This document shows, one piece after another, positions 1-10,533 of a stretch of 64,000 bases of DNA; position 1 is the first letter of the stretch; each line of letters begins with the position of its first letter. The stretch is taken from NCBI GenBank assembly GCA_965223265.1, contig OZ244999.1, positions 8,928,001 to 8,992,000 on the forward strand, written 5' to 3'. The translations under genes and the position numbers were made by a program. Origin of the DNA: Planctomycetota bacterium. Lineage in GTDB: Bacteria > Planctomycetota > UBA8108 > SXIK01. Below the pieces are notes generated by a model. That model worked only from the letters and a program-made list of their open reading frames with translations. It searched no databases and was not told where the DNA came from.

Positions 1-1281
1 TACAACAGTTGTATCGATCTATGCCTGCCCGAAGAGGCGCGCTGCGTCCGTGGCTGCGAACGTACGTACTCGGACGGGTTCACCGAGTGTCACCAGCTCG
101 ACGATCCTGCGGCGCGCGAGGCCTGCCGCGCTGAAGTCGAAGAAGCGGCAATCTCCTGCATGAGAGAATGCGGCGTCGGAGAGGAGGAGCTCTGCTTTCG
201 CAGCTGTGAGCTTGCGTTCACCGGCAACCTTGAAGGTTGTTTGTCGGGCGACGCGCAGGATCCAGAGTGCGAGCACCTGGCGCATTTGGAGATGGAGGTC
301 TGCCTCCTCGACTGCGACCCGAACGTGCCGGACGACGCGCGCTGTTTGACCAGTTGCGACCTTGCCTTTCAGGCGGCGCTGAGCGACTGCGACAGCGACG
401 AGTGCTATCAGGCAGCGCATGAGCAGTACGAAGCGTGCATTCGCGCTTGCGGCGTCGACGTGCCAGACGTGCCTCCTCTCGATCCCTGTTTGAGCGACTG
501 CGATCGCCGCTACGAAGAGGGCGTCTACCGCTGTCACGAGCTCGACGACCCAGAGGTTGCTTCGGAATGCCTCACGGGGGTCGAGCTTGAGTATCTCGCC
601 TGCCTCGGCGACTGTGGGGTCGACATTCCGGAGCCACCAGAGATTCCGGACGTGCCTTGCGTCGAGGGATGCGACGAGGCGTTCGAGAAGGCGTTGACCG
701 CCTGCATCAACGACGAGGACGGTGCGCCCGACGACGCCTGTTTCGCGGCAGCCGACAACGCCTATCTCATCTGTCTGGCGACCTGCGGTATCGAAGTCCC
801 GGACGATCCTGATTTGCCGGGACCGCCTCAGAGCGGCTGCGCGTTCGAGTGTGACGCTGAACTGTTGGAAGGGATCGCGGGATGCCTCGGCCCTGACGGT
901 CAGCTCGACATCAACTGTGTCGTGGGCTTGGTCGTCGACTTCGAAAACTGTCGCTCTGGCTGCGAGGATGACGCGGAGAGCAACGTGCTCGCAGCGCTTC
1001 TCCGCACCGCGGGAGCTCATGACAAGTTCCTGCGCGGCGACGCGAACCTCGATCTTGTTCTTGATCTCTCGGACGCTATCGCCATTCTGCAGCAACTGTT
1101 CGTCGGCGAGGGGCTGACGAACTGTCCAGATTCTGCAGACGGCAACGACGACGGTGAAGTCGACATCAGCGACGCGCTCGCGGTGCTCAACCATCTGTTC
1201 GTCGGTGGGCCGAGTCTGCCGCCGCCGCTTGATGCTCCTGGCTCCGACCCGACGGCCGACCTCTTAGGTTGCCGTCTCTAG
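1..1281 (+). CDS. Cys-rich repeat protein with C-terminal dockerin-like domain (5' end outside window)
   Basis: Frame is open from base 1. At least six C-x3-C-x10-C...C-x10-C-x3-C units, then FLRGDANLD...DLSDAI...CPDSADGNDDGEVDISDAL (Planctomycete-type dockerin). Confidence 0.85.
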   Translation, partial: YNSCIDLCLPEEARCVRGCERTYSDGFTECHQLDDPAAREACRAEVEEAAISCMRECGVGEEELCFRSCELAFTGNLEGCLSGDAQDPECEHLAHLEMEVCLLDCDPNVPDDARCLTSCDLAFQAALSDCDSDECYQAAHEQYEACIRACGVDVPDVPPLDPCLSDCDRRYEEGVYRCHELDDPEVASECLTGVELEYLACLGDCGVDIPEPPEIPDVPCVEGCDEAFEKALTACINDEDGAPDDACFAAADNAYLICLATCGIEVPDDPDLPGPPQSGCAFECDAELLEGIAGCLGPDGQLDINCVVGLVVDFENCRSGCEDDAESNVLAALLRTAGAHDKFLRGDANLDLVLDLSDAIAILQQLFVGEGLTNCPDSADGNDDGEVDISDALAVLNHLFVGGPSLPPPLDAPGSDPTADLLGCRL

Positions 1282-1304
1282 ATCGAGAGCCTGCGTACCT
1301 TGTG

Positions 1305-1330
1305 AGCCCCCGAGATCTCTCTCGGGGGCT
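1305..1330 (+). terminator. Intergenic hairpin, possible terminator or RNA stability element
   Basis: agcccccgaga-tctc-tctcgggggct is a perfect 11-bp stem 24 nt after the stop. The U-tract is weak. Confidence 0.5.
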
Positions 1331-1341
1331 GCTTCCGTTTC

Positions 1342-2280
1342 ATGGAACAGACTCCGAGAACGACTATCATGTTGCAGCAACTGAATTCAGCTCGCACCGC
1401 GGGAAGCCGTTCTACCGAGCCGAGCTCCGGCGCCCATCACGGTCGATTGGTACCGGGGCTGTCTTGTTTGCGAGCACTCGTCGGAACTTTCGCGTTCGCA
1501 GCCGGTTTGATCGGAGCGTCGCCGCTAGCTCCGGCGCCGTGCCGATCGATTACCGTTGAACCTGATCCTGCATGCGTCAAGCTCGATCCGATCCATGCCG
1601 AAGTCGGCACGTCCGTGCGTTGTCCCGTGCGAGTCGAGACGAGCGAGCCGGTCCGCGTCCTCGGCATCCGTATGGAAGGTGACCCGGGAATCCTGGCGCT
1701 GCGATCGTGGTCGTTCGGAGACGGCCTTGCACGGCACATAGCCGACCACGGCGAACCTCCAGCATGCGACGTCATCATCTACCCTAACGGCGCTGGCATG
1801 TTTTCGGTGATGGCGCTCTCCGTGCCGTATTCGAGTGCAGAGTACGGTGAGGATTGGCTCGTTTTCGAGTACGAAGTCACCGGGAAGGAACAGCAATCGA
1901 CGTGCGTTTTCGTCCAGAGCGACACGGACGACTACGAAGCGGGTGCGTTGTTGCGTCTGAGTGATCTCGTTTCACGCGCACCGAAACGCTGTGTGGCGGC
2001 ATTCGTCTCTGAGGCAAAGCCGTTCCGACGTGGTGACGTTGACGGCGATGGCCACGTCGGCCTCGGTGACGCCGTGCGGACCCTTCGAGATCTCTTCTCG
2101 TCACAGCCTGGTGTGCGGTGCCAGGATGCCGCCGATGTGGACGACGACGGCCGCCTGAGTGTCAGCGATCCCATCGCTCTGATTAACGCGCTGTTTCGCG
2201 GCGCAGGTCCCATCGGTGAGACGTGTGAGCTCGATGGGACGGTGGACAGTCTCCTCAGCTGCGAGCGGAGCGACTGTTGA
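1342..2280 (+). CDS. Secreted protein with cohesin-like beta domain and C-terminal dockerin-like domain
   Basis: C-terminal FRRGDVDGDGHVGLGDAV...CQDAADVDDDGRLSVSDPI; hydrophobic N-terminal segment. Start is uncertain. Confidence 0.75.
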   Translation: MEQTPRTTIMLQQLNSARTAGSRSTEPSSGAHHGRLVPGLSCLRALVGTFAFAAGLIGASPLAPAPCRSITVEPDPACVKLDPIHAEVGTSVRCPVRVETSEPVRVLGIRMEGDPGILALRSWSFGDGLARHIADHGEPPACDVIIYPNGAGMFSVMALSVPYSSAEYGEDWLVFEYEVTGKEQQSTCVFVQSDTDDYEAGALLRLSDLVSRAPKRCVAAFVSEAKPFRRGDVDGDGHVGLGDAVRTLRDLFSSQPGVRCQDAADVDDDGRLSVSDPIALINALFRGAGPIGETCELDGTVDSLLSCERSDC

Positions 2281-2296
2281 GCCAGCGGACGAGCCG

Positions 2297-5200
2297 ATGA
2301 CCGATCCCGAAAAACTTCGCAATCTGCTCGCCAACGAGAACTGGGTCCGCCAGCTCGCACGGCGGATGCTGTACGACGAGAGTTTCACCGACGACGTCGT
2401 TCAGGAGGTGTGGATTGCGGCGATTCGTCAGCCGCCCGCCAAGTCCGCCGCGCTGCAGGCCTGGTTGGCGCGGGTCGTACGGACGATGGCGGGTCGCGTG
2501 AATCGACGCACGAAGAGGCGCGCGGAGATTGAGAAGCGAGTCGTGAAGGCGAACGGTCAGGCTCCGTCCGTTGATCAGATCGCGCAGAATCTGGAGACGC
2601 AGCGCCGCTTGACCGACGCAGTCGCAGCGCTCGACGAGCCCTATCGAAGCGTTGTTTACCTTCACTTCTATCAAGGACTGCGCCTCGTCGATGTCGCCAC
2701 GACGCTGAACGTTAGCAGCTCGACGGTGCGGACTCGCCTGGCGCGAGGGCTCGAAAGACTCCGCAGTCGTCTCGAGGACGACTATGGCGATCGCTCCAGG
2801 ATGCGGAACGCGCTTTTCGGTTTGGTATTCGCCGGCAATTTGACGTGGATCGAAGGCGTGGCGGGTGCAGCGACTGCTTACAGCAAGAGTCATGTCGTGC
2901 CGGACGACGTCCGTGGCGAGAGCACCAAGGTTGAGGCGGGCGGCGTGGCTGCGTCGACCTCGGAGGCCAGGTCTCCGTCGATGTTCGTTCGTAGCGCCGC
3001 CGCGAGCCTGGCGATCATCGCGCTCTTTTTCGCGGTGCTACAGTTCGAGCGTTCGCCTTCCCAGCGCGCTGCTTCCCAGCCGTTTGCCACCATCGAAGCG
3101 GATGCGCAGCGCCTTGAGAAAGTTGACCGAAGCCTTGCTGGACTACCCGACTCCTCGCGATCTACGCCTGGCACCGAAACACTTCCTCGATCGAGCCCCG
3201 GCGTCCGCATCATCGACGAACGCGACGGCGACCCCGTCGCCGGAGCAAAGGTCTATCGGGTGCATCGCACTGAAGAGCGCTCGACTCCGCTCGGGGTCGC
3301 GGATGAGAACGGAGAGGTCGCGGTTGCCGCGGAAGTGCTCCGCAGGGATGGTCTTTTGGTCCTTGCTGAAGGCTATGTTGAGATGCAAGAAGCTGCGGGA
3401 ACGCGCGATGAGAACCTGCAGCCTCACGTGATCTCGCTCACTCCCGAGTTCGATGCTCAGGTGAGCATCCGGGCTGCCGACGGACGCCCTCTCGCAAATG
3501 TCGACGTTCGTTTCGATGCCGATATTCGCGGCATCGGATCAACACCGACGCTCTTCGCCGCGACGAGCCGCGACGGTATTGTCGCCTATACGCACCGCTA
3601 CGAACGCACGATGATTCGCACGCAAGCGCCGGGTTTCGCTGATCTTTCCGTCGTCGCGACGCCTCCGACAACGGTGTTGCAGCTGCGCGTGGGAAAGAGC
3701 GCGACCGGGATGGTGCTGGACGAGCGTGATCAACCGGTTGGCGGGTGTCGCGTACAGCTCGAGTCGGAGCTTCACCGAGCGCCGGTGATCTTGACGAGCG
3801 GTCGCGATGGTCGTTTCGACATGGGACGGCTTGCTCCGGAAGTCGAGATCGTCGCCAAGCTTTCCCATGATGAATTCCCTGTCACTGTGCATCGCGGCAG
3901 GCCGCCTCACGAGGCTTTGGGTTCTGCGGCTGGAGTGTGGTTGTTTCGCGTCCGCCGCGGCGTAGTAGTGACTGGCATCGTCCGTCGTCCGGACGGAGAT
4001 CCGGCCACACGTGGTTATGTCTTCGTCATGCGGCCGGAACCGAAAGGTGACGGCAACGTCGCCGCCGTCCCGATGGCGTCTCGGCTGCGCACCGCCGGTC
4101 TACCGAAACGACGGCGCGGTCGAGCGCGGCTCATGCCACTCGAGCGAGCACGGATCGACGGGGAAGGGACGTTCGAGCTTGGGCCGATCGCTTCTGAATC
4201 GCAGATTGAGCTTTTTCTTTTTGTGTTTCATCCCGGCTACCTAAACGCTCTTCTGCCGCTCGATATGTCGGCGAACCATCACGAGATTGACCTTGTCGAA
4301 GGCGGCGAGTTCTTTGGGCGCGTCCTCTCACCGACCGGAGCTCCGGTCAGCGGCGTGCAGCTCCATCTCGGGGATGTCTGGACGGACGGCCTCGAGTGTA
4401 TTGTTGGTCGCACGCGAACAGATAGTGAGGGGCGCTTTCGATTCACGGGTGTCCCAGATCTCAACAAGCACCCGCCACCCCTCGTCCCTGCTGACGCTTC
4501 GGCATCGGTCGGCGAGACCCTGAGTGAACGGCGACGCGACGTGGTGTTCTTGGCGACGTTCGCGCCCGACGAAATCCTCGCCGTCGACCACGTCACCATG
4601 GTCGAGTCGCCGCTAGAGAACGCCATTCCGATCGAAATGAAGGTAAACACCGGTGAGCCGACCGTCGTCGTCGTGACGAAGGGAAAGCAAAACGTGGACG
4701 TCGCCCTGCAACTGCGCGACTCACAAGATTTGCCGGTCAAGGCGTTCTGTCCGACCGTCCTTGTCGGTGAGGGCGGCGACGTCTACCAAGGCGTGATCGG
4801 TTCGGGTGTCCAGCGCCCTCGCTTCTTCGCCGACCAAATCGTGTCGCTACCCGCGGCGAGCCGTGTCGTCGGTCTCCTCATGCCGCACTCGTATTGCTGG
4901 CAGAGTGTCGAGCTCGATCCTGGAATGGGACCCGGCAAGGTCGATGTCTTCGTCGAGTCGCTACCGGTCCAGCCGGCACCGCTTCGTTTGCGGACGCAAG
5001 ATGACGTCGCTGCCGCTGGGCTCGAAGTTGCGATCGGATTTCCGTTCGCTTCGGCACCAACAGTCGCGCTGAGTCTCGGCGTCTCAAACACCGACGGCGA
5101 AATCGACGTGCGGTTCTTGCCTGCGGGCGAGTATCAAATCTACGTCGTCCCGCCCGGTTTGACGTCGCCGCGGCGCGGCCGCGTGCTCGAGATTCGAGGT

Positions 5201-5308
5201 GAGTCACGGGAGGTCATCGGACCGCGGGAAGTGATCGGACCGTGGCGCCGTTGGCTCGACGCCTCCACAGGAGGCACGGCAACGCTCGCGCTTCCCGCCG
5301 TGCCATAG
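2297..5308 (+). CDS. ECF sigma-70 factor fused to a TM helix and carboxypeptidase-regulatory-like beta-sandwich repeats
   Basis: DDVVQEVW..LQAWLARVVR (region 2), LDEPYRSVVYLHFYQGL...STVRTRLARG (region 4), a TM segment, then repeated G-x-V-x-D-x2-G-x-P-V motifs. Confidence 0.85.
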   Translation: MTDPEKLRNLLANENWVRQLARRMLYDESFTDDVVQEVWIAAIRQPPAKSAALQAWLARVVRTMAGRVNRRTKRRAEIEKRVVKANGQAPSVDQIAQNLETQRRLTDAVAALDEPYRSVVYLHFYQGLRLVDVATTLNVSSSTVRTRLARGLERLRSRLEDDYGDRSRMRNALFGLVFAGNLTWIEGVAGAATAYSKSHVVPDDVRGESTKVEAGGVAASTSEARSPSMFVRSAAASLAIIALFFAVLQFERSPSQRAASQPFATIEADAQRLEKVDRSLAGLPDSSRSTPGTETLPRSSPGVRIIDERDGDPVAGAKVYRVHRTEERSTPLGVADENGEVAVAAEVLRRDGLLVLAEGYVEMQEAAGTRDENLQPHVISLTPEFDAQVSIRAADGRPLANVDVRFDADIRGIGSTPTLFAATSRDGIVAYTHRYERTMIRTQAPGFADLSVVATPPTTVLQLRVGKSATGMVLDERDQPVGGCRVQLESELHRAPVILTSGRDGRFDMGRLAPEVEIVAKLSHDEFPVTVHRGRPPHEALGSAAGVWLFRVRRGVVVTGIVRRPDGDPATRGYVFVMRPEPKGDGNVAAVPMASRLRTAGLPKRRRGRARLMPLERARIDGEGTFELGPIASESQIELFLFVFHPGYLNALLPLDMSANHHEIDLVEGGEFFGRVLSPTGAPVSGVQLHLGDVWTDGLECIVGRTRTDSEGRFRFTGVPDLNKHPPPLVPADASASVGETLSERRRDVVFLATFAPDEILAVDHVTMVESPLENAIPIEMKVNTGEPTVVVVTKGKQNVDVALQLRDSQDLPVKAFCPTVLVGEGGDVYQGVIGSGVQRPRFFADQIVSLPAASRVVGLLMPHSYCWQSVELDPGMGPGKVDVFVESLPVQPAPLRLRTQDDVAAAGLEVAIGFPFASAPTVALSLGVSNTDGEIDVRFLPAGEYQIYVVPPGLTSPRRGRVLEIRGESREVIGPREVIGPWRRWLDASTGGTATLALPAVP

Positions 5309-5364
5309 GGTCCCCAGGGACGCCGTAACCTGTCACGTGCCCAAGCCTTCAGGTTCGGTGTCGT

Positions 5365-8300
5365 CTATCGCGCACCGTAGAAGACTTGAATTTCGCCGCG
5401 GCGGGTGTAGAGCCCGATGATATCGCGGTCCCCGTCGCCGTCAAGGTCGAGGATTTCGAGCCCGCGGGGGCCGCCACCGACGGCCTCACCACCGCCGACA
5501 CTCAAGTCGGCGCGGCGCGGGAACCTACCCGGTCGGCGTCCCAAGAAGACCGTCAGATTGTTTGCCGGCACAAAGACGTTCGCCGTGGTTAGATCGGGTT
5601 GGCCGTCGAGATCGAGATCACGCGCGACGACTTTTACCGGGCCGACGCCAGAGAGTTCGGTGAAAAACGATCGTTCAAAGGTTGCCGTGTCGCGCTGGGA
5701 GAAGACCGCCAGGGTGCCTTCGTCGCGGCTGGCCACGGCGATGTCGGGCCGACCGTCGAGATCGAGGTCAGCCACTGACACCGACGTTGGACGCTGTGTG
5801 GCGGCGCTGTCTTGAATGAGGATCGGAGTGAATCGACTCGACGCATCCGGCGTTTCTCCCAGAAGAACAGCGACATGATCACCAGAGAAACTCACGACGA
5901 CGACGTCGAGTCGACCGTCGCGATTTACGTCGGCCGTCTCAAGGTCCACAATGCCGTCCGTCACATCGCCGGCGTTGTAAAACTCCGCCGGCGCGAAGAC
6001 TCGTGGTGCCGTCTGCACAAAGATCGCCACCTCATCAGCGGTGGGTGATGCGGCGAAGACGTCGGCGAGGTTGTCGCGATTGAGATCACCAACCGCAAGA
6101 CTGGTCGCGTGCTCGACCCCCGCGAGGGCGTGCCGCTGGAGTGCGCCTAGATCGCCGACGGTCGCAGACTCCTGAAATAACACACTGAGCTCATCGCGGG
6201 CGCTGTCAGCAAGAATCAGATCGATCCTGCCGTTCGCGTCAACGTCGTGGGCGATCACCGCACGACCAGCAACCGGTGGTTGGAACGGCGATTCGACTCC
6301 GCTACCTTCAGGCAACGCGTCTCGCTGCAAGAATTCTCCGGGGCTGGCCTGCAAGAAGAGCGAGGCGCCAGCGAACGCGTTCGCTGCGACGACAACGTCG
6401 AGGTCGCCGTCGGCATCCAGATCAGCGACGGCAAACGACTCGGGCTCTCCTACAGTCGGAACACTGCCGATTTTCGTGTCATCCAGAGGCGCGCCAAGGT
6501 CGCCGTCGCAGGCAGGTGTCCCGGTTGAGCGTCGACTGGTTTGGTGATAAACCTCTACACCACGGAAAGTCGTGGCTGCTATGTCAGGCAATCCATCTCC
6601 GTCGATGTCGGAGAGCGCTGCCGTTGCGCGTGCGCCGATTTCTGACTGCCCTAAAATGATGCGCGGCGAGACTTCGAATGCCGGTATCGATAAGGCTGTT
6701 GTGAGATCTTCCTGAGAAAAAACAGACAGTCGACCGCCGACCAGACCGACAACCAGATCGATTCCGCCGTCGAGATCTATGTCACTCGCCGCGAGCATTG
6801 ACGGCCTCACTTCTTGGCCGCCAGTGGCGTCGAAGACGAGATCAGGTCTCGTGGTTTCTCCGACTGGGCGGCCGAATACACCGGTGTCAGATTGGAGGAA
6901 GATTCCGATGTTTTCGCTGCGCCCGTTTGCTGTCGCCAAGTCGATTCGACCATCGCCGTTGAAATCTGCGCTGACCACGAAGACCGGGCCTACCAGTTCA
7001 GGAGTCGCGAGCTCTCGACCGGAGAAACGCAGTGACCCATCGACAGCCGAGCGTTCCTGAAAAAATAGCGCGACGTTGTCGCTATCTTCGTTTGCCGTTG
7101 CGATGTCTAGCAGCCCGTTGTCGTCCAAGTCCGTGATCGTCAGCGCCACCGGCGCGCGGAGAAGGCCAGAATCCAGCACGGCTTCGTCGATCACGAGGTC
7201 CGGCTGGTTGTTTCCTCCCACTGAGGCCGGGCGCCCGAAATCACGCGGGCCGTGCTGCAAGAAAATGGCGACGGCGTTGAAGTCTGTGCTGGCGACGATG
7301 ACGTCGAGGTGCCCGTCACCGTTGAGATCTCCAGCGGTGACGAACTCCGGTCCGTTGGTGGAGGCAGCGCTTCCGAGGCGGAGCTGCGGACCCGGATCGC
7401 CGCACGTTCGTGGCGTGCCAATCTCTCCGTCAGCGTCCTGGAAGAAGATCGAGATTTGGTGGGACGAGCGGTCCGAGACGATCAAGTCAACATGGCCGTT
7501 GTCGTCGAGATCATGAGCGACCAGAGAGCTGGGCTCGTCGATGGCGTCGCACGCGTCCGGGCAGGTCTCTGATCGTTGGCAGCCGCCGAGCGTCATGTCG
7601 GGCTCGCGATCGCAGTCCGAACCGCCGGCGAGTCCATAGCGACGTGGGCTTGACTGGAGGTAGATTGCGAGATCTCGAGTGGATTCGTTGGCGGCGACGA
7701 TGTCGGTGTCGCCGTCACCGTCGACGTCGGCGAGAGCGACCTTCGACGGTGTTAAACTCGAGAATCTCTGCGGCAAGACGTCAAGCGCGGGAGCGACGCC
7801 CCGCGGCACGTCGGATTCTCCGGAGCGACCGCGTTCGCGATCGTATGGTGTGGCGCGGATCAGTACCTCACCGCCACCGGCGACGTCGGAGCTATCCCAG
7901 ACGAACACGCCAAAGGCGAGAGGGGCAGGCCGAACGAGTTCGGATCTGAGCTCGATCTGCCACCTCCCCAGCGGCACGCCGGTAGGTGTTGGCTGAAAGA
8001 GTGTCGGTACCGGTCGATCCAGTGTGACGATTTGAGTCGCGCCGTCGAAGTTCGTGATGCGACGCCTTTGACCGATTCCGCCGCTCGCGAGCAACTGAGT
8101 GGACTCAGGCGTCGTCAGAAGTCGTAGGTCGGCCGGACCCGTCGTGACGCGCGTCTTTGCGGGCAGCCCGGAGAAGATCTCAAAGCTCGTCGCGCGGTCG
8201 CTGGCGAGCTCGACCGCGCAGAGTTCGAGAGCATCGTCCGCATCGGCGTCCGTCACGACGAGCAGACGAGCGCCGTTACCTTCGAGCGCGATCGAGCTCG

Positions 8301-10188
8301 GTCGAGGCAGGAGTCGTCCGCCGGCGTTGACCGAGGTTACCGCACGTCGGCGGATGTCGACGCGCGCGATGCGACCGACTTGCCCACTACCATCGTCGCG
8401 GCGCCACTCTTTTTCGGCGACGTAGACGTGGTGCGGGCGCAGAGGGTCGATCGCGAGGCCTCGAGGAGACTTGAGATTGCGGAGCCGCGGCACCACCAGG
8501 ACGTCTCTCACCTCAGTCGTGCCGCCCGCCTCTCCGTCGCCACTGTCGGACGTATCAAAGACGAGCTGAACGAGCGAGTTGCCGACGGTCGCGATTGCGG
8601 TGTCGGTCCCGAACCACTCAAGCGCGTGCATCTCGCCGGAGACATCTGCACCTGACGTCGGCCGATAGAAGATCCTTTTGCCGCTTGCGAGTTGAACGCG
8701 AACGATCCACCAAAGATTGTTCGCTGTCACGCCAACCAGTGCCTCGCTGCGCTCGGCATCGAGCGCGAACGAGGTTGCCTGTCCGAAATCCGAGGCAACG
8801 ACGACGGCGGGCGAATCGCCGCCGAACTCGAGCCGTTGGAGGCGCCATCGCCCTGGATTGGGGTGGTCGATCACGAGGCCCGTGGGGCATTCTCCCAAGG
8901 CCAGTGCTGCAACCGGTTCGCTTAGCGGCGTCAGAGACGGAATCTCTCGGATCGTCTCCAGGTCGCGAATCAGGGCAATCTCGACTTCCGCGAACGTGTG
9001 AGAGAGAAGCTGCGAAGCTGTCGAGGTCAGCTCGGGCAGCCGGAGCTGGAGACGTTCAGGATCCTCCTCGGCGCTGAGAGGAATCGCCTCCCCGGAAAGA
9101 ACGATCGGTCTTTCCGAAGCGATCTGCAAGCGGCGCCGTTCGACAGCATCTTCGAGGCGTGTCTCGAGCTCCGCGCGCTGGGTCGGCAGCTCTGGGAAGT
9201 CGCTCTGGTCTTCACGCCGCCACTGAAAAACGACGCGGACAGCGTCGCGGTCGTCGTCGGCGTCTTCGATTTCGAACGGGACTGGGATGCCGCCGCGAAC
9301 ATCGGGATTGAGCACGAAGGAGCCGCTGCCAATCGTCGCAACGGGCACACTGTCGTTGTCGACACGAAACGGCGCGGACAGCGCCACGTCTCCCACAGAC
9401 CCAGTGCAATCTTCGGCTGCGATACCGACGACAACCTCTGTCAGATCGGTCTTTCCGAGCGTCGGCTCGGAGTTCCACGTGAGGTCATGAGCGCCCGGCA
9501 AGACACCCGACGTCGAGCCAGCGAGGAGATCGTCCTCAACCTCGGAAGGTTCGAGGAACGTCGCTCCGTTGTCTGTAGACACGGAAAAGCGGATGAGTGT
9601 CACCTCGTCGTCGCTGCTGTCATCGATCTCAAACCGAATGACCACTGCCTGTTCTTGCGTCTCTCCACCGACGATACGGACGTTGCGAACTTCCGGAGGA
9701 TCGTTGCCAACGAGAGACTCGAGGATGATCGCCGAGATGCCCGCTACACCGTCAGAGAACGGGGTTGCCGTCAGCGTCACACGATGAAGCCCGACGAATC
9801 CGTCGGCGGCTGCGTTCCAAATGACCGTGTGCTGCGTACCATCCGGGCAGCCACCAAACGTCGCCTCTGACGAGTCGATGAATCCTTCGATGACGTCGGA
9901 GGTGGGCGAGCCGACACGTTCTGCACGAAAGTTGAGTTCGACCTCGGTTGGCTCATCGCTCGACGCGATCACACAATAGCGAATCACGACGCGTTCAAGG
10001 TCGACCGGTCGTCCGAGGCAACCTGGCTCGAGCGACAGATTCGTAATCACGGGAGGCGACTGCGGCGAACTGCTGCCATCGTCGGTTGCCGCGAGGATGC
10101 CGAGCACGGCACCGATCGTGACACCATAGCAGCCGCTGAAACATAGAAGTGTGATCACTCCCACGGATGCGAAAATCCGCGCAGCCAT
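5365..10188 (-). CDS. Large FG-GAP/VCBS repeat lipoprotein
   Basis: Many ADxDGDGxxD motifs in the C-terminal half. Lipobox-like LCFSGC follows the MAARIF start. Confidence 0.85.
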   Translation of the reverse strand: MAARIFASVGVITLLCFSGCYGVTIGAVLGILAATDDGSSSPQSPPVITNLSLEPGCLGRPVDLERVVIRYCVIASSDEPTEVELNFRAERVGSPTSDVIEGFIDSSEATFGGCPDGTQHTVIWNAAADGFVGLHRVTLTATPFSDGVAGISAIILESLVGNDPPEVRNVRIVGGETQEQAVVIRFEIDDSSDDEVTLIRFSVSTDNGATFLEPSEVEDDLLAGSTSGVLPGAHDLTWNSEPTLGKTDLTEVVVGIAAEDCTGSVGDVALSAPFRVDNDSVPVATIGSGSFVLNPDVRGGIPVPFEIEDADDDRDAVRVVFQWRREDQSDFPELPTQRAELETRLEDAVERRRLQIASERPIVLSGEAIPLSAEEDPERLQLRLPELTSTASQLLSHTFAEVEIALIRDLETIREIPSLTPLSEPVAALALGECPTGLVIDHPNPGRWRLQRLEFGGDSPAVVVASDFGQATSFALDAERSEALVGVTANNLWWIVRVQLASGKRIFYRPTSGADVSGEMHALEWFGTDTAIATVGNSLVQLVFDTSDSGDGEAGGTTEVRDVLVVPRLRNLKSPRGLAIDPLRPHHVYVAEKEWRRDDGSGQVGRIARVDIRRRAVTSVNAGGRLLPRPSSIALEGNGARLLVVTDADADDALELCAVELASDRATSFEIFSGLPAKTRVTTGPADLRLLTTPESTQLLASGGIGQRRRITNFDGATQIVTLDRPVPTLFQPTPTGVPLGRWQIELRSELVRPAPLAFGVFVWDSSDVAGGGEVLIRATPYDRERGRSGESDVPRGVAPALDVLPQRFSSLTPSKVALADVDGDGDTDIVAANESTRDLAIYLQSSPRRYGLAGGSDCDREPDMTLGGCQRSETCPDACDAIDEPSSLVAHDLDDNGHVDLIVSDRSSHQISIFFQDADGEIGTPRTCGDPGPQLRLGSAASTNGPEFVTAGDLNGDGHLDVIVASTDFNAVAIFLQHGPRDFGRPASVGGNNQPDLVIDEAVLDSGLLRAPVALTITDLDDNGLLDIATANEDSDNVALFFQERSAVDGSLRFSGRELATPELVGPVFVVSADFNGDGRIDLATANGRSENIGIFLQSDTGVFGRPVGETTRPDLVFDATGGQEVRPSMLAASDIDLDGGIDLVVGLVGGRLSVFSQEDLTTALSIPAFEVSPRIILGQSEIGARATAALSDIDGDGLPDIAATTFRGVEVYHQTSRRSTGTPACDGDLGAPLDDTKIGSVPTVGEPESFAVADLDADGDLDVVVAANAFAGASLFLQASPGEFLQRDALPEGSGVESPFQPPVAGRAVIAHDVDANGRIDLILADSARDELSVLFQESATVGDLGALQRHALAGVEHATSLAVGDLNRDNLADVFAASPTADEVAIFVQTAPRVFAPAEFYNAGDVTDGIVDLETADVNRDGRLDVVVVSFSGDHVAVLLGETPDASSRFTPILIQDSAATQRPTSVSVADLDLDGRPDIAVASRDEGTLAVFSQRDTATFERSFFTELSGVGPVKVVARDLDLDGQPDLTTANVFVPANNLTVFLGRRPGRFPRRADLSVGGGEAVGGGPRGLEILDLDGDGDRDIIGLYTRRGEIQVFYGAR

Positions 10189-10533
10189 TCTTCCTTCCCG
10201 GGATCGGACCCAATCCGTCGACGTAGTGGGGCCGCCGCGGTGGCGGGAGCTACGAGCGACGCGAGTCGCGTGACACCTGTGAGTCAAACCCTGCCAACGA
10301 CAACTCCTCGCCTGACGATGATAGCGTCCGCGCATCGCGAGCGCATCGAGTCCGGTGTGAGGATTCTCGCCGGTAGCACGGTCGCCGTTTTGAATCGACG
10401 ATCTGCGCCGGATGTTCGTCTCGCATCAGCTGAGTGTTCGCCCGAGTGATCCCATCGATCGTTCGCGATGTCGCTCGCTGTGTGGCGCCTCTATTGCTTG
10501 TCGGTGGTGCTAACCCTGGGTTACTCTGAGCAT

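Noticed and set aside
5207-5242. REVIGP-REVIGP 18-bp duplication
   Set aside because: A small in-frame duplication with synonymous differences and no wider pattern.
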